64,000 nucleotides of DNA, taken from positions 37,120-101,119 of the forward strand of contig NMRA01000866.1 in the NCBI GenBank assembly GCA_002633005.1, read 5' to 3'. Both the position numbers and the translations under genes were made by a program. Source of the stretch: Phoronis australis. Taxonomy: Eukaryota > Animalia > Phoronida. The first letter of the stretch is position 1, and each line of letters starts with the position of its first letter. This document shows, one piece after another, positions 61,854-64,000 of the stretch. A model generated the notes under the pieces. That model was not told the origin of the DNA. It did no database searches and worked only from the letters and a program-made list of their open reading frames with translations.

Positions 61854-62930
61854 TACGGTGTCACGGTGGTTTATTGCAGTGATATGCATTTTACATCCAT
61901 CCACTTAAATTCGCACGGGTACAGTCAATTTTTGGGGAATTTCAAGAACAACCGAGGAAAGCTTCGAATTTTTATATACTGTAGATTATATATACACACA
62001 GGACTGGTGAATCTTCTTGAAAATGACTATCCCCTAACGATATATCTGTATAACACATGTCGGTCACTCGTCACATACAGGTGTTTATTACCGATAGAGC
62101 TGAATAATGCAAAATACTTTTGAATATTAGGTGAAGTTTTGAAACCATTATCGAATGTCTGGTGGTGGGAAGGTATTAAATTAACTTCGAAATCTCCGGC
62201 AGTTCATCACTTAACTATTTTGCCGTTTTGTATTTAAGGCTGATTGTTTTACACAGGAAATAATAGAAAGTTGCTTTGTGATATCTACACAGTAAAAGTC
62301 AAGCAAAAATAGACTACAATTTAGTTTCTAAATCTTTTACAGTAGGTTGGAAAATTGACAACACGAAACTGAATTCGGCACGATGTTTGATAAGTATACA
62401 AGTATTGTCTTCCTTCTAGACATCTATGAGTGACCATGATATTTACTAATTAAATACTCTAGACTCACGCGAGCGAAAGGAATGTTTGCATTTTTTATCA
62501 CTTGATGGATGTTACCATGGTAACCCTCGTCATTTGTTGGTGACGTGGTTGCCATTATTGACACATTGTTTGCCTTTAACGCGACCATTTACTACTTGTA
62601 CCATATTTAGGCGTCACCTCATCTCAAAACCATTGACACCGTTCATGTACATTACATATACACATTAGTGGCGTCTGAAAACTGCTTCAATATCACATAT
62701 TGCGAGCTGTACACATTCGACAGCACAGGTGTTAATAAAAATTCATACCTAATAGAGTGATTTGATGCATGCGTCTATCTAGTTGTGTGATTACAGCCGA
62801 CTGCAAGTGCGTCACTTCCAATGTCGTTCGGTAAACTAGTTTTATTCTGCAAAATAGCGCGTATGACACTGTATTAATAGAAATAAAACGACAAAACGTA
62901 TCACACGAACATTCATATCTCGATCTTAAC

Positions 62931-62982
62931 ACAGCGTCAGACGTTTCGCTGAACTTCAGTAAAGCATCATCAGTGACTATAC
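62931..62982 (-). ncRNA. Minimal type-I hammerhead ribozyme motif (Penelope-like element type)
   Basis: The minus strand reads GTCA-CTGATGA-TGCT(TTACTGAAGTTC)AGC-GAAA-CG-TC-TGAC. This gives the CUGANGA and GAAA core, a GCU/AGC helix II, a palindromic ACGU helix III, a UC cleavage site and a GUCA/UGAC helix I. Confidence 0.65.
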
Positions 62983-63088
62983 AACCAATAAATGGTTTCA
63001 TGGGAAACTATAATAGCACTACACATCAACTCAACGAACTGGTAAGGATTACACAACATTTATAAACACAAAGGCCACAGTTGTATCT

Positions 63089-63144
63089 GTATAGTCACTG
63101 ATGATGCTTGATTGAAGTTCAGCGAAACGTCTTAGAGACGCTGT
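63089..63144 (+). ncRNA. Second, inverted hammerhead-like motif (helix I disrupted)
   Basis: GTATAGTCA-CTGATGA-TGCT(TGATTGAAGTTC)AGC-GAAACGTC-TTAGA-GACGCTGT. It lies in an inverted repeat at ~62872-62985 / 63085-63216. Confidence 0.5.
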
Positions 63145-63231
63145 CTATAATGATATGAATATATCGAAACATAAATGTTCTCATGAAACGAGTTTTTTCG
63201 TTTCATTTCTATCAATGCTATGTCCTATATT

Positions 63232-63430
63232 TTATGATATTGTGTGATACACTATGATATTGTATGATACTGTGTGAATGACGTTGTATGATACTGTATG
63301 ATCATAGTGTATGATATATTGTGTGGTATTCTTCAATAAATGTATATCACCTTAAAATATTGAATGCAATTATATGATACTGTATGATTCTGAGTGATAC
63401 TGTATGACATTGTATGATACTGCATGATGT
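63232..63430. repeat. Degenerate 10-bp minisatellite (TGTATGATAC-like)
   Basis: Repeated TGTATGATAC, TGTGTGATAC and TATGATAT units. Confidence 0.8.
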
Positions 63431-64000
63431 GGTTACTGTTACACAAAGAGTATTACTAAATGCAGTGTTAACTATAATATAAACTCGAAACACATGAAGC
63501 CGCTATTAAACCACGATCTGGAGTTAAAAACATCCGCGCAAACTTTGAATGTTTTTGTGCTTCCAAAGCAACATCGCGTGTTCTTTCTGTGTTTAAATTG
63601 AGCTTGCTTGGAAATACCTGGATAGTCATATTGCCTGAGCCACTGCGCGCAATCGACAAGCAAATTAACGAGTCCGATCTGAAATGATGACCAAGCACCT
63701 GTCACACGCCCGTAGCCAGCATTTCTAGAACGGTGGACCTGTCATATTTTGCAAACGTCGACACTGTAGAGTGTTCGGTAAGGTCCTTGACACAGCTTGT
63801 CATCTTGTGTACAGATCTCCCTTCCTAATTTTAATTAGGGGTAAGAGAAATCTGTATACACAACCATGATTCTCAGCTCTATGTTCCTGAGATGAGACGG
63901 AATTAGTAATACCAGAAATGAAGATGCCGTGACGGTTGCTCGCAAAGAACGGGACTCAAATTCGGATGTAATGTGGTCCACAATGAGAACGTTCTCGCGT

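Overview
This is eukaryotic genomic DNA: AT-rich, intron-rich and from a draft assembly with N gaps. It is probably a marine invertebrate, with lophotrochozoan-like gene content (inference). I rebuilt three apparently intact spliced genes by hand, all on the minus strand. These are a 9-exon type-I acyl-CoA thioesterase/BAAT-family gene with a mitochondrial-type presequence (2891-17193), a 2-exon small protein with two TSP1 repeats (23111-24485), and a 5-exon secreted, probably GPI-anchored serine beta-lactamase-fold protein (31876-42494). There is also a broken uncoupling-protein (UCP) pseudogene (54911-56427). The rest is a dense landscape of DNA-transposon derivatives: several TTAA-targeting Kolobok-type elements with THAP remnants (nested, or with the empty site visible in the same window), foldback and MITE elements, Tc1 and Academ-like remnants, tRNA-derived SINE heads and a LINE 3' end. 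The two most striking non-genic signals are a Helentron/HINE-like element whose internal ~145-bp units each carry a co-oriented CTCF-consensus motif, and an inverted pair of minimal type-I hammerhead ribozyme motifs at 62.9-63.2 kb. All calls come from manual reading; no database searches were run.
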